Assembly: GCA_050613775.1 (NCBI GenBank)
Contig: JBODTK010000001.1
Coordinates: 1,612,001-1,676,000, forward strand
Direction of reading: 5' to 3'
Length of the DNA stretch: 64,000 bases
Origin: Neocallimastix sp. 'constans'
Lineage: Eukaryota
This document shows, one piece after another, positions 17,362 through 36,885 of this stretch (position 1 is the stretch's first letter; each line of letters begins with the position of its first letter). The position numbers were made by a program, and so were the translations under genes. The notes under the pieces were generated by a model. It saw nothing but the letters and a program-made list of their open reading frames with translations, was not told where the DNA came from and did no database searches.

Positions 17362-18795
17362 TTTTAAAAAATTATATTCTTAATTGCTTGGATAAATGAA
17401 AAAACAAAGATTGAAAAAGAGAAAAAAATATATAATAAAAAAAAATAGAAAAAGAAAAAGAAATTTTTTATAGCAATTTAGATTTAATTTTAAATTTATA
17501 TTAAAAAAATAAAAAAAATTATATATACAGAATTCAATATAAGTTTTTTATATATTTTATAAAAAAAAAATTTTTCCTTTATATTTAATTATTTTTTTTA
17601 AAAATAAAAAAAAAAGAAGAAAAAAAAAAAAGAATTTAAAAGAATAAATAAAAGAATAAAAGAAATTATATAATATTTTATTAAATAAAATAAAAAATTT
17701 TATTATATATTATAATATATTAAGAATACAATTTATTATATATATTAATTTTTTTAAAAAAATAGAAAGATTAAATAAAATATTTTAAAAAAATAATTTT
17801 TTTGATTAATGTCCAATCTAGTTATTTTATTTTTTATTTTTAAATTTTCAGTTTTTGTTTTGTTTAAAAAAAAATTAAAATAAAAATAAAAAGGAAAGGA
17901 AAGGAAAAAGAAATATGAATCTTCCAAATATAAGACAAATTTTTAAAGAATCTCGTTCAACAGGAGAAGAAAGAAGAATTAAAAATAATTCATTTTATAA
18001 ATTTTGTACTTTTGTTACTCTTTCAATAACATTTATTCATTTAAGAAACAAAAATTTCAATCTTTCATAAAAGATAAAAAAAAAAAAAAGAAAAGTAATC
18101 TTTTGAAAAATAAATAAAATGAATACACATATATATACACAAAAGAGAAAGAAACAACAAATTTTTTAATAATTAATAGGGATATATTTATGAAAATATT
18201 AGTATATATTTATTTAAAAAATATGTAAAGAAGTTTAATAAAACACAACAAAACGAAATAAAATAAGACAAGACAAAATACATATTTATAATATATCAGT
18301 AGGGTTTATTTATTTAAATAGAAGAAATAGCAAGAAGAAAAAAATAAACATATATAAAAAAAAAAAATTAAAAGATAATTATAAAAAAGGAAAGAATTCT
18401 TCATTAAATATAAATACTAATAAATTTAAAAAAAATAGATATTAACTATTTGAACATTATTTTTTAATTATTATTTTTTTTAATAATAAAAGTATTAATA
18501 TAATTGTATAAAAAGAAATATAAATATGTTTGAATAAAAAAGTAATTTACATTTTTGAATTTAATATATATAAAATACCATCAATTCTTATTTAATATTT
18601 GTCATTACATAATATAAATTAAATATTTTTTTTACAAAAACAACAAAAAAAAAATAGTTAAAATAAATAATATAATGAATTATACATTTTTTTAAAATAT
18701 TAATCAACAATATAATTGTAGGGATTATAAAATAATATTTTTAAAAAAAATATATATATATAAAAATAATATATTTATGTATTAATATATACATA

Positions 18796-22858
<4,063 letters not shown>

Positions 22859-23560
22859 TTTTTTTTATAAATTAATAATAAAAAAAAATAATATATATAA
22901 AGCTAAATAGTATAAATTACATAAATAAATATTTATTAATGGTTAAATTCTATGTGAATATCTTTTTCATTAATAATAAATTTTTATTTAAATTAAATAT
23001 CTAATCATTGAATATATATATATATATAATTTTATATTATTTTAATTTATTTTATTTTTTTATAATTTCATAAAAAAAAATAAAATAAAATTACTATTAT
23101 TAATTCTTTTTTAATATTGAAAATTTTAGCTATTTATACCTTGATTTTAAATATATATTTTTTATTAAATAATTATATATTAATTATTATTAATTATTAC
23201 ATATTATTTTTGAAATAATCTAATATAATTAAAATTTATTGATTTTATATAATTAGAACACTTTATAAAATTCACTTATATAGAAGAAAAAAAAAAGTGT
23301 GTTCATAAATTTCACAACATCAAAATTTTTAAAAAAAATAATTAAAATAATTTTTGATATTAGAAATGAATAAAATGTTAAAATATATAAAAATATACAT
23401 TTTCTATGTATGGAATAAAATAACACATTTTTTATCATTTTCAATAAAAAAAGAAGTGATATAAATTTTAATTTTTTCTTTTTTTTTTTTTTTTTTTTTT
23501 TTTTTTGATATTATTCCCATGCCATTTGAGGTGCTGAAAATAAGAACTGTTCCATACCGG

Positions 23561-23591
<31 letters not shown>

Positions 23592-24223
23592 TTATTTTGA
23601 TTAAATAAAAAAAATATTAAAAAATTATACATACAAAAGGTTTAATCAAATTATCATAATTCGGAGAATTTCCGCTTTATTTCCATTTACTATGATGAGT
23701 AATAGTTCTATATTTAGTATATATAATTAAAATATTATTACTATATTTATTTACATTATGTAAACATATAATGTACTAAATAAAAAAAATTATGGTTTAT
23801 TTTGGTAATTCTCCATTATTACTATTTTATTTAATTATTTTTGTTAATAATTAATCTATAATTATTTATTTATAATTGATTTATTTACTTATTTTAAATA
23901 GATCTTATTAGATGATATTTTAAATTTGATTTATTGGTTAAAATTTCCTATTTTCAGATTAAATAAAAAATTAATAATAATAAATAAAATAAGATTATTA
24001 ATCATTAATATTTAATTATTAATTATTAATTATGATAATTATAATAGGGTATGGAATAATTAATACTTTGTAAAAAAAATTTTTTTATATCATTTTTTAT
24101 TTTAAAATTTAGAACAAATTTTAAATTAAAAAAAAAATATATATATATATAAAAGATTTCTTATTCATATATTTAATCAACAGATTTATTAAATATTTAT
24201 CACTTAATATAATATAATAAAAG

Positions 24224-26074
24224 ATGGCAGAAGCAGCAACTTTCAAGTCTTTAGAAAATGTTAAAAATATTATTATGGTTTTATCTGGTAAAGGTGGTGT
24301 CGGTAAAAGTTCTGTTTCCGTACAACTTGCTCTTTCATTAGTTCAAAAAGGTCTTAAAGTTGGCATCTTAGATATTGACTTATGTGGTCCAAGTATTCCA
24401 AGAATGCTTGGTATTCAAGATAAACAAATTCACCAATCCTCTAACGGGTATTTATTATTAGTATTATCTTTTTTTTTTTTTTTCGAAAAAGAAAAAAAAA
24501 AAATAAATAAATAAAGTAATATAATTTTTGTAAATAGTTTTATTAGAATATATATATATATATATTCAAAAAGTAAAGAAAAAAAAATTGATTTTAATTC
24601 ATTTTGAAATGTTATATTTAATATGAATTAAGGGAAAAAATATTAATAGTGATTAATAATTACTATTATTATATTTCAAATTTTGTATTAAAATAATCAT
24701 ATATTTTTCTTTTCTTGTTTTTATTATTTTATTTTGTTTTTTATTTATTTTATTTTATCATTTTGAATAGTTGGGTTCCTGTTTATATTGGTAATGAAAA
24801 GAATTTCTCTGTTATGTCGGTTGGTTTCCTTCTTGAAAATCAAGATGATGCCGTTGTATGGAGAGGTCCAAAGAAGTCAGGTAAAATTTTACTTAAAGTA
24901 TTTATAAATATACTTATATATAAATAATTTATAATAAAAATTAATGAAGGAATAAAATTGATTTTATAATTAAATTTTAATTAATTGTTTGTTTAATTCC
25001 TTTCCTATATATAATATATAATTTATGATAAATATTTTTGAATAATGAAATTTTTTTATTATTTTCCTTATTAAAATAATTATTAATGTATTTCTAAATA
25101 AATAATTCAATAAAAATGAATAACAATAATAAAAATAAAATAACAATAATTATAATAATTATAATAATAATATAAAAAAAAAAAAAAAAATAAAAAAAAA
25201 AAAAGCTATGATAAAGCAATTCTTAGAAGATGTTTGTTGGGGTGAATTAGATTACTTAGTTATTGATACCCCACCAGGTACTTCTGATGAACACATTTCT
25301 ATCGTTGAATATTTAAGTAATCTTAATCCAATGGCTGTTTTAGTTACTACTCCACAAAATGTTGCTATTTCTGATGTTAAGAAAGAATTAAACTTTTGTA
25401 GAAAAGTTAATGTTCCAATTTCTGGTATTATTGAAAATATGAGTGGTTATGTTTGTCCACATTGTTCAGTAAGTTTTGTTATATGCCTTTTTTTTTTTTT
25501 TTTTTTTATAAGTAAATAAATAAATTTTCCTGAAATATATAAATATATGATATAATAAATATATAATTTATATTAATAATTTAAAAATTATATCATAATT
25601 ATAATTATTATTTTATATCTATTAAAGGATTGTACTCCTATCTTTTCATCTGGTGGTGGTGAAAAATTAGCTAAAGAATATAATATAAAATTCTTAGGTA
25701 ATAAAGTTAAATTTAATAAATATACATACTAATATAAAAATATTTATATATAATATAGTCATATCTGTAATATTTATAGTATATAATAAATTATATATTA
25801 TATACCAAAACTATAAAAAATGAAATATTAACAATTAATTATTATTATTATTATTGAATATTAAATAACTATATATATATATTTATTGGTGTGTAAAATA
25901 TACAAATATTATATTTGTTGTTAATATTTTTATAATACAGGAAAAGTACCAATTGATCCAAAATTTATTGAGGCTATGGAAAAAACTAATACATTTGTAG
26001 AATCATACAAAGATTTATCATTAGCCACTATTTTTTCAGAAATAATTGATAACATTATTACCACTAAAAATTAA
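24224..26074 (+). CDS. CFD1: Cytosolic Fe-S cluster assembly P-loop NTPase Cfd1/NUBP2; 5 exons
   Basis: Contains [43 protein letters not shown] and [11 protein letters not shown]. It lacks the N-terminal Cys-rich extension of Nbp35. Confidence 0.9.
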
Positions 26075-27449
26075 GTTCTCTAATACTAACTTTATTATTT
26101 ATTTTTATTATTATTTATTGTATTAAATTATTATTTACATTTAAACGTTAAAATTTATAATTAAAATAATATTAAATTCCATAAAAAAAAAAATTATATA
26201 ATATCGGATATAAAAAAAAAATTTTTTTTAATAAAATAATTAAAAGTCATTAATTAAATTAATTTAAACCTATACTGATTAAAAAATAATACATACATAA
26301 AAAAATAAACATAATTATATGATTTTTACAAAAGTATAAAAATTATTTTTAAAAAAAACATTTATATTTATTTATATATATTACTACATAGAAAAATAGA
26401 AAGTATATATTTTGTAATAATTTCAAATAAATATTAGAAAATTATCATAAATATTATAAAATATATAATAAAATAAATCAATAATAAAAAATTAATAAGA
26501 TAAATAAAAATACGAATTTTATTTATATAAATGAATGTGTTTGTTTAAAAGAAATTTATAAATAATGTAATTTGAAAGTAATTAAAACATTAATACATTT
26601 ATTTAAAATTTAAATAAATACATTTATTTAGAAAAAAATTTTAATGAATACGTTTATTTAAAGAATTTTATAAATAAATATTGTTATTTAAAAAGAATTT
26701 TAGAAATTAGTACGTTTATTTAAAGGAAATTGATAAATGAGTTCATTTTTTAAAATACTTCTATTTTATACTATATATCGATATCTATATATAGTTATAT
26801 AATATAATATTTATGTTATATTAAAAAAATAAATTATTAAAAAAAAAAATAAATTAATATCATAATGTTACTAATATAAAAAGATAATAATTATATATTA
26901 TAATTCTTAATAATTATTCTTATATGATATTTGTTGCAATTTTAAAAAAAAAAAAAAAAAAACTAAATTTTATAATTAATGTATTAAAGTAATTATTAAA
27001 TATTATAATTTTTAATAATTAAATATTATTTCATATAAACTTGTATAATAAAATATTTTATAATGATTTCTTTTATTAAAAAAAAAAAAAAAAAAAAAAA
27101 GTATTATAGAAAACTTTTTTTTTCCTTTAATTAAATAATCAAAAAAAGTTAAATATCAATATGAATTAATCAAAAATTTTATTTTTCTTAATATTTAATT
27201 TTCTCTCTTTTTTTTTTATTCTTTAACTTTTTACTTTTTGTTTTATTATTATTTAAAATAGTTTTAATTTATTATTTAATATGTTAATAAATTAGTAAAA
27301 AAAAATTTCTTTAAAAAATTTTTCATTATTATAAAAATATAAAAAATAATTAATAATTTTATTTATATATAAAATATCAATCTCATTGTTCATTGTGTAT
27401 AAAAAAATATATATTTTTAATGTTTTGTATAGTTTTATATCTTATTATT

Positions 27450-27975
27450 CATTTATTATTTATCATTTAATTTATTATTTATTATTTATTATTTATTATT
27501 TATTATTTATTATTTATTATTTATTATTTATTATTTATTATTTATTATTTATTATTTATTATTTATTATTTATTATTTATATTTTATTATTTATATTTAT
27601 TATTTATTATTTATTATTTATTATTTATTATTTATTATTTATTATTTATTATTTATTATTTATTATTTATTATTTATTATTTATTATTTATTATTTATTA
27701 TTTATTATTTATTATTTATTATTTATTATTTATTATTTATTATTTATTATTTATTATTTATTATATAATTATTTATTATTTATTATTTATTATTTATTAT
27801 TTATTATTTATTATTTATTATTTATTACTTATTATTTATTAATTATTATTTATTATTTATTATTTATTATTTATTATTTATTATTTATTATTTATTATTA
27901 TTTATTATTTATTATTTATTATTTATTATTTATTATTTATTATTTATTATTTATTATTTATTATTTATTATTTAT
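27450..27975. repeat. (TTATTTA/TTATTA)n low-complexity tandem array
   Basis: Directly visible; it produces the spurious YYLLFII ORF. Confidence 0.9.
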
Positions 27976-28955
27976 TTATTTATTGATTGATTATTGATTA
28001 TTAATTATTGATATTTAATTATTTATATTTTATTGATAATTATCTAAATTTATTATATCTATATTAATTTTTTTGTGATTTGAAATTATTTTATAGAATA
28101 TTAAACTTTAAATTTCAAATTTAATTACATATATTATATTGTATTGTAATATATGAAATTGACACTTATTATCCTATTTTATTTAATCCAATAATTTCAT
28201 TTTGACATATATAACAATATATTCAATATATTTTTTTAATTTATTTTATTAATTGAATAAAAAAAAAATAAAATTTAAAATTTTTTTTAAAATAAAAAAA
28301 AAAAATAAATAAATAAAAAATTTTTTTATATTAAAAAATAATAATAATTAAGAGAAAAAAATTTTATTTTAATTATTTTTAAAGCATATTTTTGTATATA
28401 CCAGATGTTTTATAAAAAATAAAAATAAAAGAAAAGAAAAAAAGTAGTTATACTAAATTATATATACATATAAATGATTAAAGTAATAATAAACAATTTT
28501 TGATATTTTATAAAAATAAGTAAAATATTTATTATTATTTAATAGTTACTAATTATTTTATTTATTTTATATTAAAAATAAATTATTATTATATTGCTTT
28601 AAATGAAATTAAATATTATAAAAAAGAATTAATGATAAATATCAAAAAATAAAGATATAACGCAAACGGAATAAACTATTTTTTTTTTGTTTTTTTTTGT
28701 TTTTATAAATATTATATATTGTATTTCAATATAACCATTTCTTATATGTATATCAAAAGTATAATACTTTTATAATATATCTAAAAAAGATAATACGAAA
28801 TTGGGAGAAAAAAAAAAAAAAAAGCATATTCAATTAGATAATAATAATAATAAAGCTATAATTATATCATAATAATTATTCTTTATAATTAAATTAACTA
28901 TATCAAAAGATAAAATTAAAAGAAAAATAGTAATAATAATAATAATAATAATAAA

Positions 28956-31900
28956 ATGAAGGAAAAGTTGGATATAAGCAGAAATAGCATGATTAATAAC
29001 CAGCTTTATATGGAAATGCAAAATAAAGATGTCTATGGAGAGGAGAATAATAGATCAAGCCTCAATAATTCATTTTTTCAGTTTAATAATTTGGAAATTT
29101 TATCTTATAGTATGATATTTGACAATGAAATAAAAAGCTTGAAACAACTGAAAATATTATTTAAGAAAAGTTTAAATCTCATAGATGAGTTAGATGACCC
29201 TTTGGATGTGTTTAATTCTTATATTCAATGGCTACAACTTAATTATCAATCAATTGAAAATTTCAGTATAGAGGATGAGGTAATCCCTATTATTATGCAA
29301 GCATTAAAATTATTAAATGGAGATCCACGTTATGTTAATGATATCAGATATTTAAGATTTTGGGTTATCTATTCCAGTTTTGTTGACGATCCTATTTCCA
29401 TATTTGAATTTTTAGAAAAAAATAATCTATGTTTAAAACTTGCAGCCTATTATGAAGAATTTTCAAAATTAAAAGAAATAGAAAAAAGGTATATAAATAT
29501 TAAACAAATAATAAATATATAATGATAAAAATAATAATAATAATATTATTATTATATGTTTGTTTTTTAAAATTTTAAAAATCAATTTCAAAAAATTTGC
29601 AATTGTTTATTCTCATTATATATATATAATTTTCAACACTCAAATATAAAAATAAATATAATAATAATTACTATGAATATTAGATTTGATGAAGCTAAAA
29701 AAATATACCATTTAGGATTAAAAAGAAAAGCAAGACCATTTTTAAGATTAAAAAGAAATTATGAAGCACTTAAAAAACGAATGGAATTTATAAATCAACA
29801 TCAAGATAATGAGATATATCGTTCCAAAAACAATAATATAAATAATAAGGATACCATTAATAATGTAATATAAGATATAAATTTATTATAATTTTTTTAT
29901 ATCATTATATCAATATAATATTATATGTTGTGAAATATTTATAGATTAGCATTTTTATTTCTTTGTAAATAAAAAGATAAAAAATTACAACTTAAATAAC
30001 TTTATACAACTTACATAATATTATAATTTTAAATATATATTATATATATTATATTATTCTTTCTATTTTATGATGTAATTATTTTTTATTTTATACAATT
30101 TATATATATTATAATTATATTACCAAAGAAAAAAGATATTACTATTGATACAAAAAATAAAATTAAAAATTTAGATTTTGAAGAAATGCAATATAATTCA
30201 ATAGATTATTTAAATAATAATTATAATTATAGTAATGATGAATCATCCAATGAGGAAGAAGAATTACAATTATCAGACTTAAATGTCATAGAACATGAAA
30301 TTGAAAGTGAATCAAATCAAAAATCAATCAATAAAAATTCTGAAGATTCTACACCGGTTTTAAGAAATGAATCCATTGTTGTTAATAATATTGAAATAGA
30401 AAATAATTTTGCAAAAGATAATTCTTCAAGTGTACTTTATAATAGTAATAATAATAGTAAATTAAAAAGCATTAATAAAAATAGCATCAATAACAATAAT
30501 ATGAGTCTATCAAGGGATAAAAATATTATTAAAATTGGTACAAAGAAATTATCCTTAAATTTATCCTATAGTCAATATAAATATTTATTAAATAATCAAT
30601 GGAATTACTTAAAGTGTAAAGTTTATGATTATAAAGGTGAAAGAATTTCATACGAAGAATTACGTGCGATAATAAATGGCTATTCATTGAATGTAGATGA
30701 ATCAATGGAACAAAGTTCCATTGTGAATCCATCCGATGTAGATATGGATATTGATCAGGAAGATAATGATGAAAAATTTGAAGAAATATTTACCAATATT
30801 TCTACTAATATTAGTAAAAATTCTAAGAATAGTCGTCATGGTAATAATAATATAACTATGATACTAATAGTAATAACAATAATATAGTAATAGAAATAGT
30901 AGTACAGTAATAGTTATAATAATAGTAATATAATGTAGTAATTATATTAGTATTAGTAATATTATTTATAAAGATTATATATATATATATAAATACTTAT
31001 ATATTTTTTGTATCACTTTTCATATATTTATATTTTAGTTACCCCTGATAAAAGACGTAATTTAAAACATTTAGAAGATACACCAACTCCTGTATATGTT
31101 GATAATGATACTTTAAAAAAATATTCGCAACGACAAGATACAATAAATGATGATGGTGATGGAGCTATACCCGTATATCAAAATAATAACCAAAGTAAAG
31201 ATGGATCAATTGATTCAGCTTCTAGTTTATTCCCATCGGTATATAAATTTAATGAGGACAAAAATATATCACCATCATCATTAAATATTAAAAATGGTAA
31301 AAATCAGAATTATACAGATATTATAAGAAATAAAAAGAGTAGGAATGAAAAAGAAGAAGAATACACTGATAGAGTAATTATTGATAAATTAAAAAGCTCA
31401 ATAGATGATTTAGATAGAAATGTCAATCATATTAAAGAAACCATCAATTCAATTAATGATCATGATAGCAAGATTCGTCATTCAGAAACAAATAGTATAT
31501 TGAGAAGTACTGTTAATTCGATATTTAAACCAAAAGAAAATGAAGTTGACGATAGTCTTGATAGTGATGTATATATTTATGATGCTAATGAAGAACAAAA
31601 TGACTATACTCATATTACTCCAAAAAATTTAATTAAAGTAGTTGATCTTCAAAGTTCTATTAAAGCAAAAAAGAATAGAGTTCGACGTAATAGTCAATTA
31701 GCGTTAACCATGAAAAATAAAGAAAAGTTTAATAGAAAGTCAGATATTATGGATGAAATTTATAGAAGAGAAAAAGAAGGCTATGATAATGAAGATGATG
31801 ATGATAATATTTATAATAGTAATCATTATCATTATGCCACACCAACCAAAAATCAGCATCAAGAATTAGATTCAATATCCCCTACCTATATACAATATAC

Positions 31901-34672
31901 CAAAAATAAAGAGTATCGTAGAGAGGAGGTTGATAAAAATAAATCTAAATATAATAATAATAGTAATAATAATATGGACGATAAAGAGAATCATCCAAGA
32001 AAATCATTGGTAAGAAGCATCAACAATAATATTAACAATAGCAATAAAAATGATAATTATTTTTATAATCGAACCATTGATTTGAATCAATCCATGGAAA
32101 ATCTAAAGTTATCATCTTCATTACCATACAGGGAAGAAAGTGAAGGAGATGAAAATGTTAGTAATAGTAGCGACGGTGAGAATATTATTAGTCATTTCTC
32201 CTCTGTTAAAAAACCCATTCAAGGAACCGTTATTTCTCATCAATCATATGATGATGAATATTCATCATCTAATTTAAAATTTAGTCAAAATTTAACAGAT
32301 ATTTCACCTCGTCGTTCCACCAATAAAAAGGATAGAAAATTAAGAACCTCTGCTATCATAAGTAATTCACTGTATCCATCCGGTAATAGCAACAATAATA
32401 ATAATATTGTCCTTCGAAAAAATAATTATGCCATTATGGATATTGAAACTTCAAATCCTTATATCGATCGAAAATTTAATGACATTACAGATGAATATTT
32501 CAAGAATCTTATTAAAGAAATTAATAATGCTACAATTAATAATAAAGCAGTTGACTATACTAAAAGACCTGAATTTTTAAAATTAAAATGTATCATCGAA
32601 GATTATACAAGAGCCACTGGCAATGCAGTAAGAAATCCTTCACCTACCCTTTTGGAAGATGAAATTAAAAAGGGTATTTCCTATGTCTTCTATGAGAATA
32701 ATTCATGTAAAGTGATAAAGGAAATTGGTCGAGGTGAATTTTCAAAAATTTATTTAGTAGGATTAAATTCATTGGATGATGAATTAAGTTCCGTAGATCA
32801 ATATAATCCTTCTTCTACTACGGCAATTTCGAATGGAGACAGAAATTCTTTAGTTGGTTCTACTTCTCATAAAATGAGATTAAGTCTACCTATGAATACA
32901 AAAAGAATTAAGTTGGCCTTAAAAATTCAACATAATGCTATCAATTCCATGGAATATTATAATATTCAAAAGCTTCATCAAAGAGTTCAAAGCAATGAAA
33001 GTATGAATTCTTCCTTCGTCAAAGTAAAACAACTTTATAAATATAAGAATGCTTGTCATATTCTTATGGAATACTGTGAATTCGGTAGTTTGTTGGAAGC
33101 ATTAAATTATCAATTTTGTATTCAATCCGATATTAGCAGCAATGCTGCCATGACCAATACTTACGATACCCTCTTAAATCATAGTATTAAAAATATTTCA
33201 TCTGCTTTAAATCGCGCCCAAGTCAAAGGAACAAGTCATCGTCGTTCTCGTAGTCGTAATACAATTAATACCAGTACTAATGCTACTTCAGCAGGTATAA
33301 CCGGAAATTCAGGTTCAGGTTTAGGTTCCGAATCAAGAGAAAGAATTCAACAATGTATTCTTTCTTCTGCTATGGATTATGATGGGTTAGATGAATCAAG
33401 GAAAATTCATGAAGTATTAGTAATATTCTATACTATTGAAATTTTAAAGATGGTAGAAACGCTTCATCAAAGTAATATTATTCATTCAGATATAAAGATT
33501 GATAATTTCATGTTAAGAATGCCACTTATTGAAAGTTATAAAAATTATATCTATGATGATAAAGAACTCTGTTCCCCAAGGTATTGTACTGAAGGTCAAC
33601 AGGGATGGAATAATTATGGATTAACTTTGATTGATTTTGGTCAAAGTATTGATTTAACTGATTTCACCTCCGAAGGTAATCTTTGGTTTAGACAAACTCT
33701 TTCAGAATATCAATCCACCACTAAGAATACCACCTCTGATGCATTAAATATGAATTCTTCAATTCATCTTTCTCGAAAGAAAAGTATTGGTCGTCGTTCT
33801 ACTTCAAGATCAAGATCAGCTACTACTTCAACATCTATATATGATAAAAATCAAGGAAATCATTGTTGGGAAATTCGTCATCATCAACCATATCTTTATG
33901 AAATTGATTGGTATGGTGTAGCTGGAGTAATTCATGCTTTACTTTTTAATGAATATATGGAAATTGAAGAAGAAGAAGAAGAAGAAGAAGAAGAAAATAC
34001 AACATATCTTCATGATAAAGAAAAGAATAATAGATATAATGATGATGATGATGATGATGATGATGGAGAAGAATATCCTCCTTATGAGAATTATAGTTCA
34101 TCTCGTTCCAATTATGAAACCTATACCATTTATGACTATTCAGGTCAAAATAAAAAACCTATTAAAAAAACAGTTTATCCTTCATCTTCAACATCATCAC
34201 CTTCACCTTCTTCCATATTTAATAAAAAGAAACCTCATCTTCGTATCACAAAAACTTTCAAAAGATATTGGCAAAGAGAATTATGGCAACGACTCTTTGA
34301 TGTTTTATTAAATGCTAAAACTGTCAATAGTGATCTCACTTTAGATTCACTTACTTTATATACCCCATCCACACTTCCTAACAACAATACCTCTACCACT
34401 TCTACCAATAAACAATTCTCACCCTCATCTTCTTCTCAACGCTTCTATTCATCCACCGCCACAGCTACCACTACCACCTCTACTTCAACACCAACCCCTT
34501 CATCCTTAACTGACTTTAATAAGTATTATGAACAACGTTTCCCTAAAATTCATGAAATTCGTAAAATTCGTCAAGAATTTGAATCATGGCTCACTCAACA
34601 TGATCGTTCTTCACAATATCATTTATTAGGTTATTTAAGATTACTTTCAGCTCAATGTATTGCTATTAATAA

Positions 34673-34679
<7 letters not shown>
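28956..34679 (+). CDS. BUB1: Spindle checkpoint kinase Bub1/Mad3 (TPR domain plus C-terminal kinase); exons ~28956-29488, 29684-29864, 30129-30840, 31039-34679
   Basis: Mad3/Bub1 region DDPLDVF..YIQW, DPRYVNDIRYLRFW and GLKRKARP; a GLEBS-like ERISYEELRA; kinase motifs GRGEFSKIY, ALKIQ, IIHSDIKIDN, LIDFG, YEIDWYGVAG and KRYWQRELW. Confidence 0.88.
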
Positions 34680-34725
<46 letters not shown>

Positions 34726-35774
34726 AATAATATAAATATATACATATATAAAAATGTTTTTTCATCAATTAATTTTAATTCCATCTATTAATAAAAAAAA
34801 AATTCTTTTTTTTTTAAAAGTAAACGAAAAACGATACAAGCAAACGAAAATCAAAAAAAAAAAAATAATAATAATAAAATAAAAATAAAAACGTTCATAT
34901 CCATACTTTTTTAATTTATAATAATTTTTTATTATTAATCTCATTATTATAATACTAAAATACTAATATATATAAATTATTTTTTATTATTATTTTCATT
35001 TCATTTTAAATAATTTTTAAATTCTATTATTATAATATATATATATATTAAATATATATATATATTTTTTTTACATATTTCAATTAATTTATTTAATTTA
35101 TATATTATAATTTATTTTTTTATTATTTTATTTTATTTTTTTTTTTTTTTTTATTTTTTTTTTTTTTCAATTTTCAATTTTTATAATTTATAACATTTTA
35201 TTATATATATTTAATATTTTTTTTTTATTCATTATTATTTCCATTATTATTATTATTATACTTCATTCTATAATAATTATTAACTTTTGTTTAATTTTTA
35301 TTTATTTTCCCTTTTTTTTTTTTTTAAATTATAAATAAAAATAAAAAATAAAAATAACTTAATAACTAAATATATTAATAAAAAAAAAATAATAATTGTA
35401 ATAAAAAAAAAAAAAAATTGTAAAATTGTATTGTAAATAAATCATTATGAACTTTTTTAATTATTATTATTTTTATTATAATTATTTTTATTATAATTAT
35501 TCATAAATAATAAAAATATTAAAATTAAAAAAAAAAATTAAAAAAATTTAAAAAAAAAAAAAAGAAAAAAAGAAATAAAAAATAAAATATAAAATATAAA
35601 AAATAAAAAATATATATATCAATTTAAAATTTTTATTAAAAAATATTTTTGACTAACTTTTAATATTCCCATGTCTTGAGGGGGACATAGGGCAGTACAC
35701 ACCAGAAATTTAAAAAAAAAAAAAATTAAAAAATTAAAAAATATTAAAAATATAAAAATATAAAAATATAAAAT

Positions 35775-35808
<34 letters not shown>

Positions 35809-36311
35809 GCCTCAATTATTGTGAACCTAATAATATTTGAAATAGTAATGTGAAATAAAAGTACTAATCATTCAAAATAAAGTATATAAAAGTATATATA
35901 AATAAATTCAAAAAAAAAAAAAAAAGTTCATCGGCAAGCCGAACTTCATCTCCAGATTATACCGAAAAAAAAAATAAAGTTCTTTTATATATATAGAGTT
36001 AATAATATTTTATAGATTTTTTTTTTTTTTATTTTTTTAATTTGATTCTTAATAATTATTTGGTCTACTATTTAAAAAATATTAATTTTGATTATTATAA
36101 TTAAATATATATATATTTATTATTATTAATATTAATTATTAAATAATTATTATTATTATTATTAAACTATTATTATTATTGCTATTTAATTATTTAAAAA
36201 AATAAAAAATCAGAAAGGGTTATCACTTAAAATTTTATTTAAAAAAAAAAAATTTTTTTTTCTATTTATAGAATTTAAAGGGTTATCATTAATTAAAAAT
36301 TAATAATAATT

Positions 36312-36885
36312 GGGAGTTGCATTTCCCCAAATTGCATTTCGCCAGGTTGCATTTCGACAAGTGGCGTAGTATTAAAATGTTGCATTTCCCCAAGTTGCTT
36401 TTCGCCAGGTTGCATTTCGACAAGTAGAGTATTGATATAAATAAATGAATAAATAAATAAATATTAATTCAAAATATATTTTTTTTAAAATTGTTTTTAT
36501 GTGATATTAATAATATTTAATTTTATTTATTGATTTATTTATTTATTTAATAATTTTCAATTTGGCGAAATGCCACATTTTTTTAATACGCCACATGCTT
36601 TCAAAAAAATTGGCGAAATGCAATCTGGCGAAATGCCCCACACCCCATTTTGACAAATTGAAAATTATTAAATAAATAAATAAAATTAAATATTATTAAT
36701 ATTGAATAAAGACGAGTTTAAAAAAAAAAAATTATTTTGAATTAATATTTATTTATTTATTTAATTATATCAATACTTCACTTAGCGAAATTGCAACCTG
36801 ATGATATGCAACTTGACGAAATGCAACATTTTAATACTATGCCACTTGGGGATATACAATTCGGGGAAATAAATGCAACTCTCCC
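36312..36885. mobile_element. Non-autonomous foldback/MITE, Mutator-like; ~240-bp TIRs with 15-bp subrepeats; 9-bp TSD ATAATAATT
   Basis: Termini are GGGAGTTGCATTT...AAATGCAACTCTCCC, with repeated GTTGCATTTCGCCAG-like units. The TSD is at 36303-36311 and 36886-36894. Confidence 0.88.

Noticed and set aside
26530..26745. Degenerate ~30-bp tandem repeats downstream of CFD1
   Set aside because: Too AT-rich and irregular to support any function beyond slippage.
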